Made by a program: the position numbers and the translations under genes. 64,000 nucleotides of DNA from Neophaeotheca triangularis. Its lineage: Eukaryota. This document shows, piece by piece, positions 38,154 to 51,398 of the stretch (position 1 is the stretch's first letter; every line of letters begins with the position of its first letter). The notes beneath the pieces were generated by a model, which was given only the letters and a program-made list of their open reading frames with translations, did no database searches and was not told the DNA's origin. Location: the NCBI GenBank assembly GCA_054600435.1, contig BAAIJX010000009.1, forward strand, positions 62,001 to 126,000. Reading direction: 5' to 3'.

Positions 38154-38376
38154 TGTCACGACCGCGGCGCTAGCGGGACATCGGCGGCCCTAGCTATAGA
38201 GCAGCTTAGGAGTGCTAAGCGTACATACTACGAAAGTATATAAGATAGCTAATAGTGAAGTCTCCTGTCTACTATCGAATAGTTTCTATATTAAAGGACT
38301 ATTACTATTATTACCATTATTACGCTCCGCCCTCGCTCCGCCGTAATCCTAACCGAGTTATAGTCTCGGTCTTACA
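38154..38376 (+). repeat. 5' LTR of copy A (223 bp)
   Basis: TGTCACG...CTTACA; TATATAAG at 38237; four homologous copies in the window. Confidence 0.95.
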
Positions 38377-38425
38377 ATTCTATTCGATCTTAGAACCTTT
38401 TTAGGTTAAGATTCGCTCGGACATC

Positions 38426-41400
38426 ATAGCACTATCGCGCTCGCTACGCCCTTAGGTCGACGACGCTAACCTAGTAGACTCCCCTAACACTATAACCGGA
38501 GTCAACACCCTATAAGAATAAGAAGAGGCGGCGACGGACCAATACACGGTCCTTACTACCGCTATTGCGGAACTCCGACAGCAATTAGTAGAGCGCATAG
38601 CGCCTATTTAGCGAGCTACCGATAGAGCGATAGTCCCCCGCGACGAGTCCGAAAGAGGACATATCGAACCGGAGGACCTAGTAGATATTACCCCTACCCT
38701 AATAGCACGTAAGTAGATAGTAGACGAAGATCTACCTACCGGCGTAACGATAAAGGAGCGAAAGTCTTACATCGATGTCGAGAAAGCTTTTCGCTCGGCC
38801 GAACTAACGGTTTATAGGAGTTATCCTAACCTCCCGAAAGCATAGATGTTTATCTAGTAATGCGAGCGTGTGTTTAAGACGCACCCTTATGTTTACTTTT
38901 ATTAGTACGAGCGTGTCTAGTATACCGCAGGCCGCCTATATAGCCGCGTCGGCTAGAACTAGGAGAGTAAAGAATCATGACTCGAACGCGAAGAGATGAA
39001 ATGGCCTATGTTTAAAGAATAGCTACTAGATTAGATCCTCGACCCCGAAAACCGCGCTATGAATATAGCGTTCCGAGGTTTTAGACATGTTTAGGGAGCG
39101 ACCTAATCTATTTACGACTACCTCTCGTATGTCGAAGACTCCCTCCGCGAGGCCGATATCGCCCTACTACTAGAGTATATACTCCTTACCCTCGTTAAGA
39201 CGGGGCTATAGGAAAATCTTAAGGCTAAGCTAAATGCTTAGCTAACGGTGCTAGACAACCGGCATAACCTCGTCGCGCTTTACACGTATCTCGACGATAC
39301 TAGTCGCGGCGGCTAGGACGCTAGAGGCGAGACGGCAGACAGGCTACGTAAGACTAACTTAAGAGGTTTCGGCTATAAGAAAAGAGAACAAAACTAGAGC
39401 ATAAGCGATAACAACTCTAAACCGCGCTACTAGCGTACTAATAGAACACCGGCGACCGGTATAAACTACATAGGTACGACCTACGGTAGCGAACGAAACA
39501 ATAAAGCCCTCGAAGAAAACCTTTGTTTTAAGTACGGCAATAAAGGCCACTAGCAAGAAAATTGCTAAAAGGGAAAAGCTTAGCTCTAGGTCATTTAATT
39601 ATTAGCCTTAAGGGCTTAGGGTAGTAAGTAGGCAGTACGTTAACAGAGCGCCTATAGGCTATCGTAAAGATATACGATCGTACCTGCGATAGGCTACGCT
39701 TCGAGGCCCGCGGGCTTATCGACACGGGAGCGCATTATAATGTCATCTTAGAAGACATCGCAGTCTAGTATAACCTACTAATAAAGGGTAACCGGATTCG
39801 TAGGCTATAGGCCTTTAGTAACGTCGAAGCCCTAATAGTAAGCCGATATCGACTCTATACTAAAGTCGCTAATTTAGACAGTATAGTCTAAACCATCCTA
39901 TAGATGTTCGAAGTAGTAAACTAGAAGGATTACGAAATGATTCTTAGAATACCTTAGATCCGATCTACGAAAGTATAGCTTAACTTCGCGTCGCCGCTAG
40001 TATAGTGGCGCTACGGCGGCGTATATAATAAAGAAGAAGTCGAAATTATCGAGGCCGAAGAACTAGCCCGAGATATTGATAGTAGAGCATCTACCCTCGC
40101 TATTAGCGTAGAAGACCTATGTAGGACCCTAGTAGAGCTACGGGTACCCGAGTAGTTAGCAGAATATGCCGAGGTATTTAAATCGGAGAAGGCGAAAGAG
40201 TTACCTCTACATACACTTTACGACTACTATGTCGAACTAGTCGAGGGAAAAAACCCTCCTAGTAGACCGATCTATCTATGTTCCGAGCTAGAGCTCGAAG
40301 AAATGTAGTCGTAGATTAATAACCTACTCGTAATAGACCGTATTAAGCCTAGCACTAGCCCCGCCGGCGTACCGTTACTATTCGTTAAGAAGAAAAACGG
40401 CAAACTTCGTATATACGTCGATTACCGCAGCTTAAACGAAATCACTATTAAGAACAAGTACCCTTTACCGCTTATTAGTGAACTCTTAGATAGAGTCCGC
40501 GGGTTAACGTGGTTTTCGAAAATCGATTTAGTCGAGGCATACTACCGTTTACGCGTTGCCTAAGGCGACGAGTAGAAGACGGCGTTCCGCTATTAGTACG
40601 GCCATTTCTAATATAAGGTTATGCCTTTCGGACTCGCTAATATACTAGCGTCGTTTTAGGCCTTTATTAATAAGGTGCTCATAGAGCTAGTTAACCACTA
40701 CTACGTAGTATACATAGATAACGTTCTCATCTATTCCCGCACTAAAGCAGAACACCGCGAACATATTCGAGCGGTCTACTGTTAGCTCGCTAATGCTAAG
40801 CTATATACTAGTCTTAAGAAATGCGAGTTCATAGTCCGAGAGATTAGATTCCTCGGTTTCGTTATCAACTCTACTAGAGTAGCGATAGAGCCCCTACGGG
40901 TAGCTATAGTACAAGATTAGCTAATGCTAAAGTCCTTAAAAGAACTCTAAGTATTCCTAGGATTCGCGAATTTCTATTATCGCTTCATCGAGGGATATAT
41001 AAAGATTACTACTCCCCTTACGGACCGCCTATAGTATAGTAGCGGTAAATGGTAGATACTAGGTAAAGATACCTAAAAATCCTTTAAAAGGTTAAAGCAT
41101 AGCTTTATTTTAGCACTAGTGCTATAGCACTTTAACGCTATGCTAGAGACCTACCTTAAGACCGATACATTAGGATACACATTAGGAGGTATACTCGCGT
41201 AGAAGCACTTAGACACGCTATAGCATCTAGTCGCATATTACTCTAAGAAGCTTAAAGGGCCGGAGTTGCGATATCTAGTGCACGATTAGGAACTACTCGC
41301 TATCGTCGAGGCGATGCGCTAATAGTAGTACTACATATTGTCGGCTAAGAGCAAAGTTTAGGTACTTATAGATCACAATAGTCTAAAGTACTTCCTATCG

Positions 41401-43476
41401 ATAAAGAAATTGTTAGGCCGCTAAGCGCGCGCCGCGGAAGAGCTATCGCAATACGACATCGAGATCACATACTGTAAAGGTAAATCAAACCCTAGAGTAG
41501 ACGGGCTCTCGCGCCGTCCTAATATAGAGGCTAATAGACAATTAAGTAGGGCGGAAATACTACCTATACTAACTAGGCTTTTCGCTCCCCTAGCGGGCCC
41601 CTATAAGGCCGCCGAAATTCCGGCGAGTAGCCGCACGATAGCCGCTAAAGATAGAGTAGAGATCCTATCTATGTCGCTAAGGTACGTAGCGCTAGTAAAC
41701 TACTAGGCGTTAGCCGCCTCGCTAGTAGGCTACACGATAGCTACTAGAGATACTAGTCCTCTAAACAATAAGCTTTAGAGTAATGATACTATACACACTA
41801 AGCGAACGCTCTAAGGGGGAGGTAAACTAAACCTGACTAGCTCTATCGCTATAGTAGCGCCGACCTATTATAACCCTATAGGTAAGTAGCTAGGTATACT
41901 CGCTATTACCGAGCTAGACATTAGAGAGCCTAATATAGCGGTAGACTAAATCGACCTTAGAGCGGATATATTACGTATATAGTAGGGAGACCCCTTTACT
42001 AAACACATTTATAAAGAGATCGACGAGGGACAGTACTATAGAGACGCTAACGGCGCCGCGCCTATATAGTCGGTTAGTTTTACAGGACTTCTTAAGATTA
42101 ATAGAAAGGTGTATATGCTGCTAGTAGAAAGCCTATAGGCTACCGTGCTAAGCTACTACTACGAGGACCTATTAGTAGGACACCTAGGAGTAGGGAAGAC
42201 TAAAGCCGTTTTCTATAAGGAGTTTTAGTAGTCTAAGTAGACTAAGGATGTCGAAGAGTATATCCTTAGGTATAACACCTGCTAAAGACATAAGTCGCGC
42301 CGCTACCGGCCCTACGGCGCATTATAATTGCTAAGGGTTCTAGGTGCTAATAAGATCTTCTAGCATTAGTCTATAGACATAGTGGTTAAGTTGCCTGTCG
42401 TAGAGATATATAAGGGTGAAATAGTCGATTCTATATTAGTTATTGTTAACTGCTTCTTAAAGTTCGCGAGGTATATCCCTATTAGCGAAGCGATAGGGGC
42501 CCGCTAGCTAGCCGATATTTTCGAGCACGAAGTTCTTATAAAGTTTAGTAAGCCGAAATCGATTATAACTAATAGAGGTAGTATATTTACCTCTACATTT
42601 TAGATAGAGCTCCTTCGGTATTAGAAAACCGAGCGCAAGTTATCGACGGTATACTACCCTTAGTCCGACAGGTAGACGGAGAGGCAAAACCAAACAATAG
42701 AATAGTATCTACGATGTTTTGTTAACTTTGCATAAATAGATTAGCCTTATTACCTCGTATAGGCTAAATTCGCCTACAATAATAGCGTAAGCGCGTTAAC
42801 GAAAGTGTCGCCGTTCTTTACTATCTATAGGGCGGAGCCCTAACGGCCTAGCGGCGTTACGGATAATGCCGTCGGAGAGGGAGGTAGCGAACCGACAATC
42901 CCCGACCTCTAAGAAAGAACCGAAAACTAGAAAGCAATTCGCGAGGTTATCGAGGATAACATTCGGCACGCTATCGGCAAGTAGGCAGAATACCACGACC
43001 GAAAACACGATCCTATAGTATTTAGTGTTAATAACAAGGTTCTTATTTCCGCGAAAAACCTGAAAACGTTAAGACTAACTAAAAAGTACTCCTCGCATTA
43101 TGTAGGGCCCTTTCGAGTTATAGTAAGGGTTAGAAAACAAGTATACTAATTAGCCCTACCTCTATACCTTAGAAAGATCTATAACGTCTTCTACGTCTCC
43201 CTCCTCGAACCGTACTACTAACGCGCCGACTTCGTACTACCGGTAGAGCGAGAAGTCGACGGAGGTAATGAATAGGTTATCGATGAAATAACGGCATCCG
43301 GTCTTGACGATAACGGTAACAAGACGTACTATATTCTTTAGAGAGATTAGCCGATAGAAGAGGGAACCTAGGAGAAAGAGAAGCATCTAAATAACGCGAA
43401 AGAAGCGATCGTAGACTTCGAGTAACACTAGCGGACCTACGGTAGCGCGAAAAAGAAGCGTAGAAAGAAAACATAA
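38426..43476 (+). pseudogene. gag-pol of copy A, many RIP stop codons
   Basis: Zn knuckle LCFKYGNKGH*QENC, protease LIDTGA, RT (FVKKKNGKLR.YVDYR.LN, MPFGL, YIDN for YIDD), RNase H, integrase, GPF motif, chromodomain. Confidence 0.92.
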
Positions 43477-43595
43477 AGCCCGAAGAAAAAGAATGTCGAG
43501 AATACATAGCTAGGGAAAAAGAAGAAAACTGCAGGAAAAGGACATAGTACACAAGCTTCTTAATTAATAGCTACTACGGACGGGCTAGCGACGGG

Positions 43596-43818
43596 TATTA
43601 CGACCGTAGCGCTAGTAGGACATCGGCGGCCTAAGCTACGGAGCAGCTCGGGAGTACTAAGCGCATATACTACGAAAGTATATAAGATAGCTAACAGTAA
43701 AGTCTCCTGTCTACTATCGAATAGTTTCTATATTAAAGGACTGTTACTATTATTACTATTATTACGCTCCGCCCTCGCTCCGCCGTAATCCTAACCGAGT
43801 TATAGTCTCGGTCTTATA
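43596..43818 (+). repeat. 5' LTR of copy B
   Basis: TATTACG...CTTATA, RIP version of TGTCACG...CTTACA, 223 bp. Confidence 0.93.
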
Positions 43819-43867
43819 ATTCTATTCGATCTTAGAACCTTTTTAGGTTAAGATTCGCTCGGGCATC

Positions 43868-46800
43868 ATAGCACTATTACGCTCGCTACGCCCTCGGGTC
43901 GACGACGCTAACCTAGCGGACTCCCCTAACACTATAACCAGAGTTAATACCCTATAAGAATAAGAAGAGGCGGCGACAGACTAATACACGGTCCTTACTA
44001 CCGCTATTACGGAACTCCGATAGCAATTAGTAGAGCGTATAGCGCCTATTTAGCGAGCCGCTAATAGAGCGACGGTCCCCCGCGACAAGTCCGAAAGAGG
44101 ACATATCGAACCGGAGGACCCGGCGGACATTACCCCTACCCTAGTAGTATATAAGTAGACGGTAGACGAAGATCTACCCACTAGCGTAACGATAAAGGAG
44201 CGAAAGTCTTATATCGATATCGAGAAAGCTTTTCGCTCGGCCGAACTAACGGTTTATAGGAGTTATCCTAACCTCCCGAAAGTATAGACGTTCATCTAGT
44301 AATACGAGCGTATGTTTAAGACGTACCCTTATATTTACTTTTATTAGTACGAGCGTGTCTAGTATGCTACGGGCCGCCTATACGGCCGCGTCGGCTAGAA
44401 CTAGGAGAGTAAAGAATCACGACTCGAACGCGAAGAGATGAAATAGCCTATATTTAAAGAATAGCTACTAGATTAGATCCTCGACCCCGAAAACCGCGCT
44501 ATAAATATAGCGTTCCGAGGTTTTAGACACGTTTAGGGAGCGACCTAATCTATTTACGACTACCTCTCGTATATCGAAGACTCCCTCCGCGAGGCCGACG
44601 TCGCCCTACTACTAGAGCATATACTCCTTACCCTCGTTAAGACAGGTCTATAGGAAAATCTTAAGGCTAAGCTAAATGCTTAGCCGACGGTACTAGACAA
44701 CCGGTATAACCTCGTCGCGCTTTACACGCGCCTCGACGATGCTAGCCGCGGCGGCTAGGACGCTAGAGGCGAGACGGCGGACAGGCTATACAAGACCGAC
44801 TTAAGAGGTTTCGGCTACAAGAAAAGAGAACAAAACCAGAGTATAAGCGATAACAACTCTAAACCGCGCCGCTAGCGCACTAATAGAACACTAGCGACTA
44901 GTATAAACCGCATAGGTATAACCTATAGTAGCGAACGAAACAATAAAGCCCTCGAAGAAAACCTTTATTTTAAGTGCGGCAACAAAGGCTACTAGTAAGA
45001 AAATTGCCGAAAGGGAAAAGCTTAGCCCTAGGTCATTTAATTATTAGCCTTAAGGGCTTAGGGCGGTAAGTAGGCGGTACGTTAATAGAGCGCCTATAGG
45101 CTATCGTAAAGATATACGATCGTACCCGCGATAGGCTACGCTTTAAGGCCCGCGGGCTTATCGATACGGGAGCGCATTACAATGTTATCTCGGAAGACAT
45201 CGCAGTCCGGTATAACCTACTAATAAAGGGTGACCGGATTCGTAGGCTACGGGCCTTTAGCGACGTCGAAGCCCTAATAGTAAGCCGATGTCGACTCTAT
45301 ACTAAAGTCGCTAATTCAGATAGTATGGTTCAAACTATCCCGTAGATGTTCGAAGTAGTAAACTAGAAGGATTACGAAATGATTCTTAGAATGCCTTAGA
45401 TCCGATCCGCGAAAGCATAGCTTAACTTCGCATCGCCACTAGTGTAGTAGCGCTACGGCGGCATATATAATAAAGAAGAAGTCGAAATTATCGAGGCCGA
45501 AGAACTAGCCCGAGATATTAACAGTAAAGCATCTATCCTCGCCGTTAGCGTAGAAGACCTACGCGGGACCCCGGTAGAGCTATAGGTGCCTAAGTAGTTA
45601 GCGGAATACGCTAAGGTGTTTAAATCGGAGAAGGCGAAAGAGTTACCTCTACATACACTTCATAACCACTATATCGAACTAGTCGAGGGAAAAAACCCTC
45701 CTAGTAGACCGATCTATCTATATTCCGAGCTAGAGCTCGAAGAAATATAGTCGCAGATTAATAACCTACTCGTAACGGACCGCATTAAGCCTAGCACTAG
45801 CCCTACCGGTACACCGTTACTATTCGTTAAGAAGAAAAACGGCAAACTTCGTATATGCGTCGATTACTGCAGCTTAAACGAAATCACTATTAAGAATAAG
45901 CACCCTTTACCGCTTATTAGTAAACTCTTAGACAGAGTCCGCGGATTAACGTGGTCTTCGAAAATCGATTTAGTCGAGGCATACTACTATTTACGCATCG
46001 CCCGGGGCGACAAGTAGAAGACGGCGTTCTACTATCGGTATAGCCATTTTCAATATAAGGTTATGCCTTTCGGACTCGCTAATATATTAGCATCGTTTTA
46101 GGCCTTTATTAATAAGGTGCTTATAGAGCTTATTAACCACTACTACGTAGTATACATAGATAATGTTCTCATCTATTCCCGTATAGAAGTAGAACACTAC
46201 GAACACGTTCGAGCGGTCTGCCGTCGGCTCGCCGACGCTAAGCTATATACTAGCCTCGAGAAATACGAGTTCATAGTCCGAGAAATTAGATTCCTCGGTT
46301 TCGTTATTAACTCTACCGGAGTAGCGATAGAGCCCCTACGGATAGCCGTAGTATAAGATTAGCTAATACTAAAGTCCTTAAAAGAACTCTAAGTGTTCCT
46401 AGGATTCGCGAATTTCTATCGTCGCTTTATCGAGGGATATATAAAGATTACTACTCCCCTTACGGACTGCCTACGGTATAGCGGTAGTAAATAGCAGCTA
46501 CTAGGTAAAGATGCCTAAAAATCCTTTAAAAGGTTAAAGTATAGCTTCATTTCAGCACTAGTGCTACGGCACTTTAACGCTACGCTAGAGACCCGCCTTA
46601 AGACCGATATATTAGGATACGTATTAGGAGGCATACTCGCGTAGAAGCACTCGGACACGCTATAGCATCTAGTTATATATTACTCTAAGAAGCTTAAAGG
46701 GCTAGAGTTACGATATCTAGTGCACGATTAGGAACTACTCGCTATCGTCGAGGCGACGCGCTAATGGCGGCACTACATATTGTCGGCTAAGAGCAAAGTT

Positions 46801-48918
46801 TAGGTGCTTATAGATCACAATAATCTAAAGTACTTCCTATCGACAAAGAAATTGTTAGGCCGCTAAGCGCGCGCTACGGAAGAGCTGTCGTAATACGACA
46901 TCGAGATCACATACTATAAAGGTAAATTAAACCCCGGAGCAGACGGGCTCTCGCGCCGTCCTAATATAGAGGCTAATAGACAATTAAGTAGGGCGGAAAT
47001 ACTACCTATACTAACTAGGCTTTTCGCTCCCCTAGCGGGCCCCTATAAGGCCGCTAAAGTTCCGGCGAGTAGCCGCACGATAGCCGCCGAAGATAGAGTA
47101 GAGATCCTGTCTATATCGCCGGGGTATGTAGCGCCGGTAAACTACTAGGCGTTAGCCGCCTCGCCGGCGGGCTATACGATAGCTACCGGAGACACCGGTC
47201 CTCTAAACAATAAGCTTTAGAGTAATGATACTATATACACTAAGCGAACGCTCTAAGGGGGAGGTAAACTAAACCCGACTAGCTCTGTCGCTATAGTAGC
47301 GCCGACCTATTATAACCCCGTAGGTAAGTAGCTAGGTATACTCGCTATTACCGAGCTAGACATTAGAGAGCCTAACGTAGTAGTAGACCGAATCGACCTT
47401 AGAGCGGATATGTTGCGTATATAGTAGGGAGACCCCTTTACTAAACGCATTCGTAAAGAGATCGACGAGGGATAGTACCGCGGAGACGCTAACGGCGCCG
47501 CGCCTACGTGGTCGGTTAGTTTTATAGGACTTCTTAAGATTAATAGAAAGGTATATATACCGCTAGTAGAAAGCCTACGGGCCGCCGTGCTAAGCTACTA
47601 CTACGAGGACCTATTAGTAGGACACCTAGGAGTAGGGAAGACTAAAGCCGTTTTCTACAAGGAGTTTTAGTAGTCTAAGTAGACTAAGGATGTCGAAGAG
47701 TATACTCTTAGGTATAACACCTGCTAAAGACATAAGTCGCGCCGCTACTAGCCCTACGGCGCATTGTAATCGCTAAGGGTTCTGGGTGCTAATAAGATCT
47801 TCTAGTATTAGTCTATAGACATAGTAGTTAAGTTGCCTATCGTAGAGACATATAAGGGTAAAATAGTCGATTCTGTATTAGTTATTATTAACCGCTTCTT
47901 AAAGTTCGCGAGGTATATCCCTATTAGTGAAGCGATAGGGGCCTACTAGCTAGCCGATATTTTCGAGCACGAAATTCTTATAAAGTTTAGTAAGCTGAAA
48001 TCGATTGTAACTAATAGAGGCAGTATATTCACCTCTACGTTTTAGACGGAGCTCCTTCGGTATTAGAAAACCGAGCGCAAGTTATCGACAGCATACTACC
48101 CTTAGTCTAATAGGTAGACGGAGAGGTAAAACCAAATAATAGAATAGTATCTACGATGTTTTATTAACTTTGTATAAACAGATTAGCCTTATTACCTCGT
48201 ATAGGCTGAATTCGCCCACAATAACAGCATAAACACATCGACAAAAGTATCGCCGTTCTTTACTATCTATAGGGCGGAGCCTTAACGGCCCGGTAGTGTT
48301 ACGGATAACGCCGTTAGAGAGGGAGGCAGCGAACCGACAATCCCCGACCTCTAAGAAAGAACCGAAAACTAGAAAGCAATTTGCGAGGTCGTTAAGGACA
48401 ACATTCGGCACGCCGTTAGCAAGTAGGCGGAATACTACGACCGAAAACACGATCCTATAGTATTTAGTGTCGATGACGAGGTTCTTATTTCCGCGAAAAA
48501 CCTGAAAACATTAAGACTAACTAAAAAGTACTCCTCGCGTTATATAGGGCCCTTTCGAGTTATAGTAAGGGTCGGAAAACAAGCATACTGATTAGCCCTA
48601 CCTCTATACCTTAGAAAGATCTATAACGTCTTCTACGTCTCTCTCCTCGAGCCGTACTACTAACGCGCCGACTTCGAACTACTAGCGGAGCGAGAAGTCG
48701 ATAGAGGCGGCGAATAGGTTGTCGACGAAATAACGGCATCTAGTCTCGACGACGACGGCGATAAGATATACTAGGTTCTTTAGAAAGATTAGCTAATAGA
48801 AGAGGGTACCTAGGAGAAAGAGAAGCATCTAAACAACGCGAAAGAAGCGATAGTAGACTTCGAGTAACACTAGTAGACCTATAGCGGCGCGAAGAAGAAA
48901 TAAGGGAAGAAAGCATAA
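43868..48918 (+). pseudogene. gag-pol of copy B, many RIP stop codons
   Basis: Colinear with copy A at a constant 5442-bp offset; RT fragment visible in ORF 46117-46356 (YVVYIDNVLIYS...FLGFVI). Confidence 0.92.
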
Positions 48919-49080
48919 AGGCTAGAGAAAGAGAGTGCCGAGAATACATAGGCAGGACAAAAGAAGAAAACTGCAGGAAAAGGACGTAGTACATAAGCTT
49001 CTTAATCAATAGCTACTACGGACGGGCTAGCGACGGGACAACGGCGCTTATAGAGAGTACGCAATTAATCAAATAAACGC

Positions 49081-50412
49081 TTAAGCCCTAGTGTCTAACT
49101 CCTTCGCAACCTTAGTAATATTAGCCTATAGCTAATCTTTGGCACTAGTAGACTTCTCCGTATTCTCCCCTACCGACAGAGCGGCGTCGTCCCTATAGCG
49201 TATCCTAAGAAAACCTAAGAGACTAGAAGGCTTCTTTAGAGCCTTATCCTCCTTATTATCCGACTCCGACGAAGAAGAAGACACCTCTAGCGGCGTACTA
49301 GCGTCGTCCCTACTACTCTTCCGAACTAGACCCTTAGTATCTATCGCTAGTACCTTTAGAGCTACTACTAGCGCCGGCGCATTAACGGTCTTATCGTAAG
49401 GCGGCGACTTACTAAGACTAGGCGTATCGCGTACCGGCGAAGAAGAAGGCGCGGCGCGACGGCGGCTAGACATCTCATTAATAAGCACGGACATTTCTAT
49501 ATAGTAGACGGCGACAAGTCTCTCGACAGTATTAGTGACGATCGTAGCGAAGTCGCGAGTTTAATCTGTGATTAGGCGTGCTATATCGTGCGGAGTCAAG
49601 ATCTTATCGTTATTAGGACCGGAACGACGAAGGCCCCCCGTTAGGATAACGGCGCGGTTGTTCTTATAGAAGTACTAGGAGACCTTAGCGTCGACTTCTA
49701 AGACCTTAAGGTGTATTAGCGAATCGGCGTCGGAACTACCGGTACGGTTAGCGCGATAGAGTATAGCCGTATGGTTTATCTAGACACGGTAGAGGCGCTA
49801 GCTAGCGAGGTTAGGAATAATCTGAAGAAACGTTAGTGAAAACTCGTAACGATAACAGAGCTATAGTAGGCTTACCTCGATACACGATTGCTTCGCGTTA
49901 AAGTAGGTGTTATATACTAATCCGGTTGCGGAAGGCACTATCTTACATAGCGGGATAAAGTCGATAGACCTATCGAGAACGTTACTTAAGAGCTCCTTAA
50001 TATAGCGCGAACAACAAGGGCGATTAACATCGATAGGAGTAAGCTCCTTACCCTTATTAATGTCGGCGAAGCGACGGAACGCCGGCATATCCTTATTAGA
50101 CCTACTCTCCTCACTATCATTACCCTTAGCACGCTTACGTTTCGAGCCCGTACCCTTAACGGCCGTAGCGCGCTTCGTACTAACACCCTCCGACTTTAAA
50201 CCCTTCTTAGTAGACTTCGACTCGTTAACCAAATCCTTTAACTCCTCCTCTATAAAGCTGCTAGCGGCGATCCGATAGCGGCCCTTAGTTATAAAGACTC
50301 CCTTAGCGATAATCGCCCTATCTATAGTAAAGGCACCCTTACTATTAACGGCTATAGCGCTAACGCTATAGTCGACTAGCGCCTTCGGACGCTTACTAAT
50401 ATGCGGAGGCAT
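49081..50412 (-). pseudogene. Antisense, spliced extra gene of copy B (426 codons; exons 50412-49876, 49821-49081), Cys-cluster protein of unknown function
   Basis: ORFs 49861-50412 and 49132-49494 are in one frame across a GTAAGC...CTAAC...CAG intron (49875-49822); internal stops are RIP-type TAG/TAA. Confidence 0.8.
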
Positions 50413-51127
50413 AATAGAACGGCGGCGGAGTAATAAAGGCAGTGAATAAAGCTAGCGAAAAAGGGCGATAGCGAGATCGCGAAAAAAGTAGTCGATAAAG
50501 AAGGGAAGAAGGTATTAGAGGTACGAGGAGCGCCTTTTTGTTAAACCGCGCTAGGTAAGGTTTTCGAAAGGTCATTAGAAGCAGGTAACAATAGGAAACT
50601 AGGTGAGGTTAGTTTTATTGTTAAAGAACAATAGGAACCGTATATAGACTAATAGTGGCGCGCAAACAAAGAACTAAAGTTTACTTACCGATAAAGAAGG
50701 TCACCTTATTAAAAGGCAGACTAGTATGCCGAAGGGACTATGACGGAGTAGAAGCTATTATTATTATTATAGTTAAAAGGAGGAAGTCTTCGAAAGAGAA
50801 GTAACCGGTAGGTCACCTCTACGTAATTATAGCGTAATCACGCTAAGGCTCTACTAGTAATTACCGCTCCGCTAGATCACTACTACGTAGCCGTTAATAC
50901 CGCTTATCGCGACGATAACGCACCTTGCCGTAGCGAACTCAGGTTTAGGGTGAATTTACTCTAGGGACCCGATAGTATAATAGCGGTATATAGTATTACT
51001 CTTTTCCTTAGTAAAGACACTACCGAGGTTTTTAACGAGGATGCTAAAGTCCGCGCTATGACGGGGTCTCGCATAACTATACTTATAAGTGCTAGCTCGA
51101 GGACGAGCTACTAGAGAGGGAGGCAAT

Positions 51128-51350
51128 TATCACGACCGCGGCGCTAGTAAGACATTAGCGGCCTAAGCTGCGGAGTAGCTCGGGAGTGCTAAGCGCACAT
51201 ACTACGAAAGTATATAAGATGGCTAATAGTGAAGTCTCCTATCTACCATTGAATAGTTTCTATATTAAAGGACTATTACTGTTATTACCATTATTACGCT
51301 CCGCCCTCGCTCTACCGTGATCCTGACCGAGTTATAGTCTCGGTCTTACA
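51128..51350 (+). repeat. 3' LTR of copy B
   Basis: Preceded by PPT AGAGAGGGAGGCAAT; ends CTTACA; 223 bp. Confidence 0.94.
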
Positions 51351-51398
51351 ATAGGACAACGGCGCTTATAGAGAGTGCGTAAATGATTAGACAAACGC

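Larger units (their letters stand above)
43596..51350 (+). mobile_element. Ty3/Gypsy chromovirus copy B (7755 bp), full length, inserted inside copy A in the same orientation
   Basis: LTRs 43596-43818 and 51128-51350; flanks ACGGG (43591-43595) and ATAGG (51351-51355), the latter two transitions from ACGGG; the uninterrupted site ACGGG-ACAACGGCG is seen in B at 49033. Confidence 0.94.

Noticed and set aside
42796..49009. Short minus-strand ORFs 42796-43008, 43277-43552, 48151-48450, 48740-49009 (and 39359-39556)
   Set aside because: Shadows of RIPed gag/integrase/chromodomain sequence on the opposite strand; no splice signals or coherent protein.
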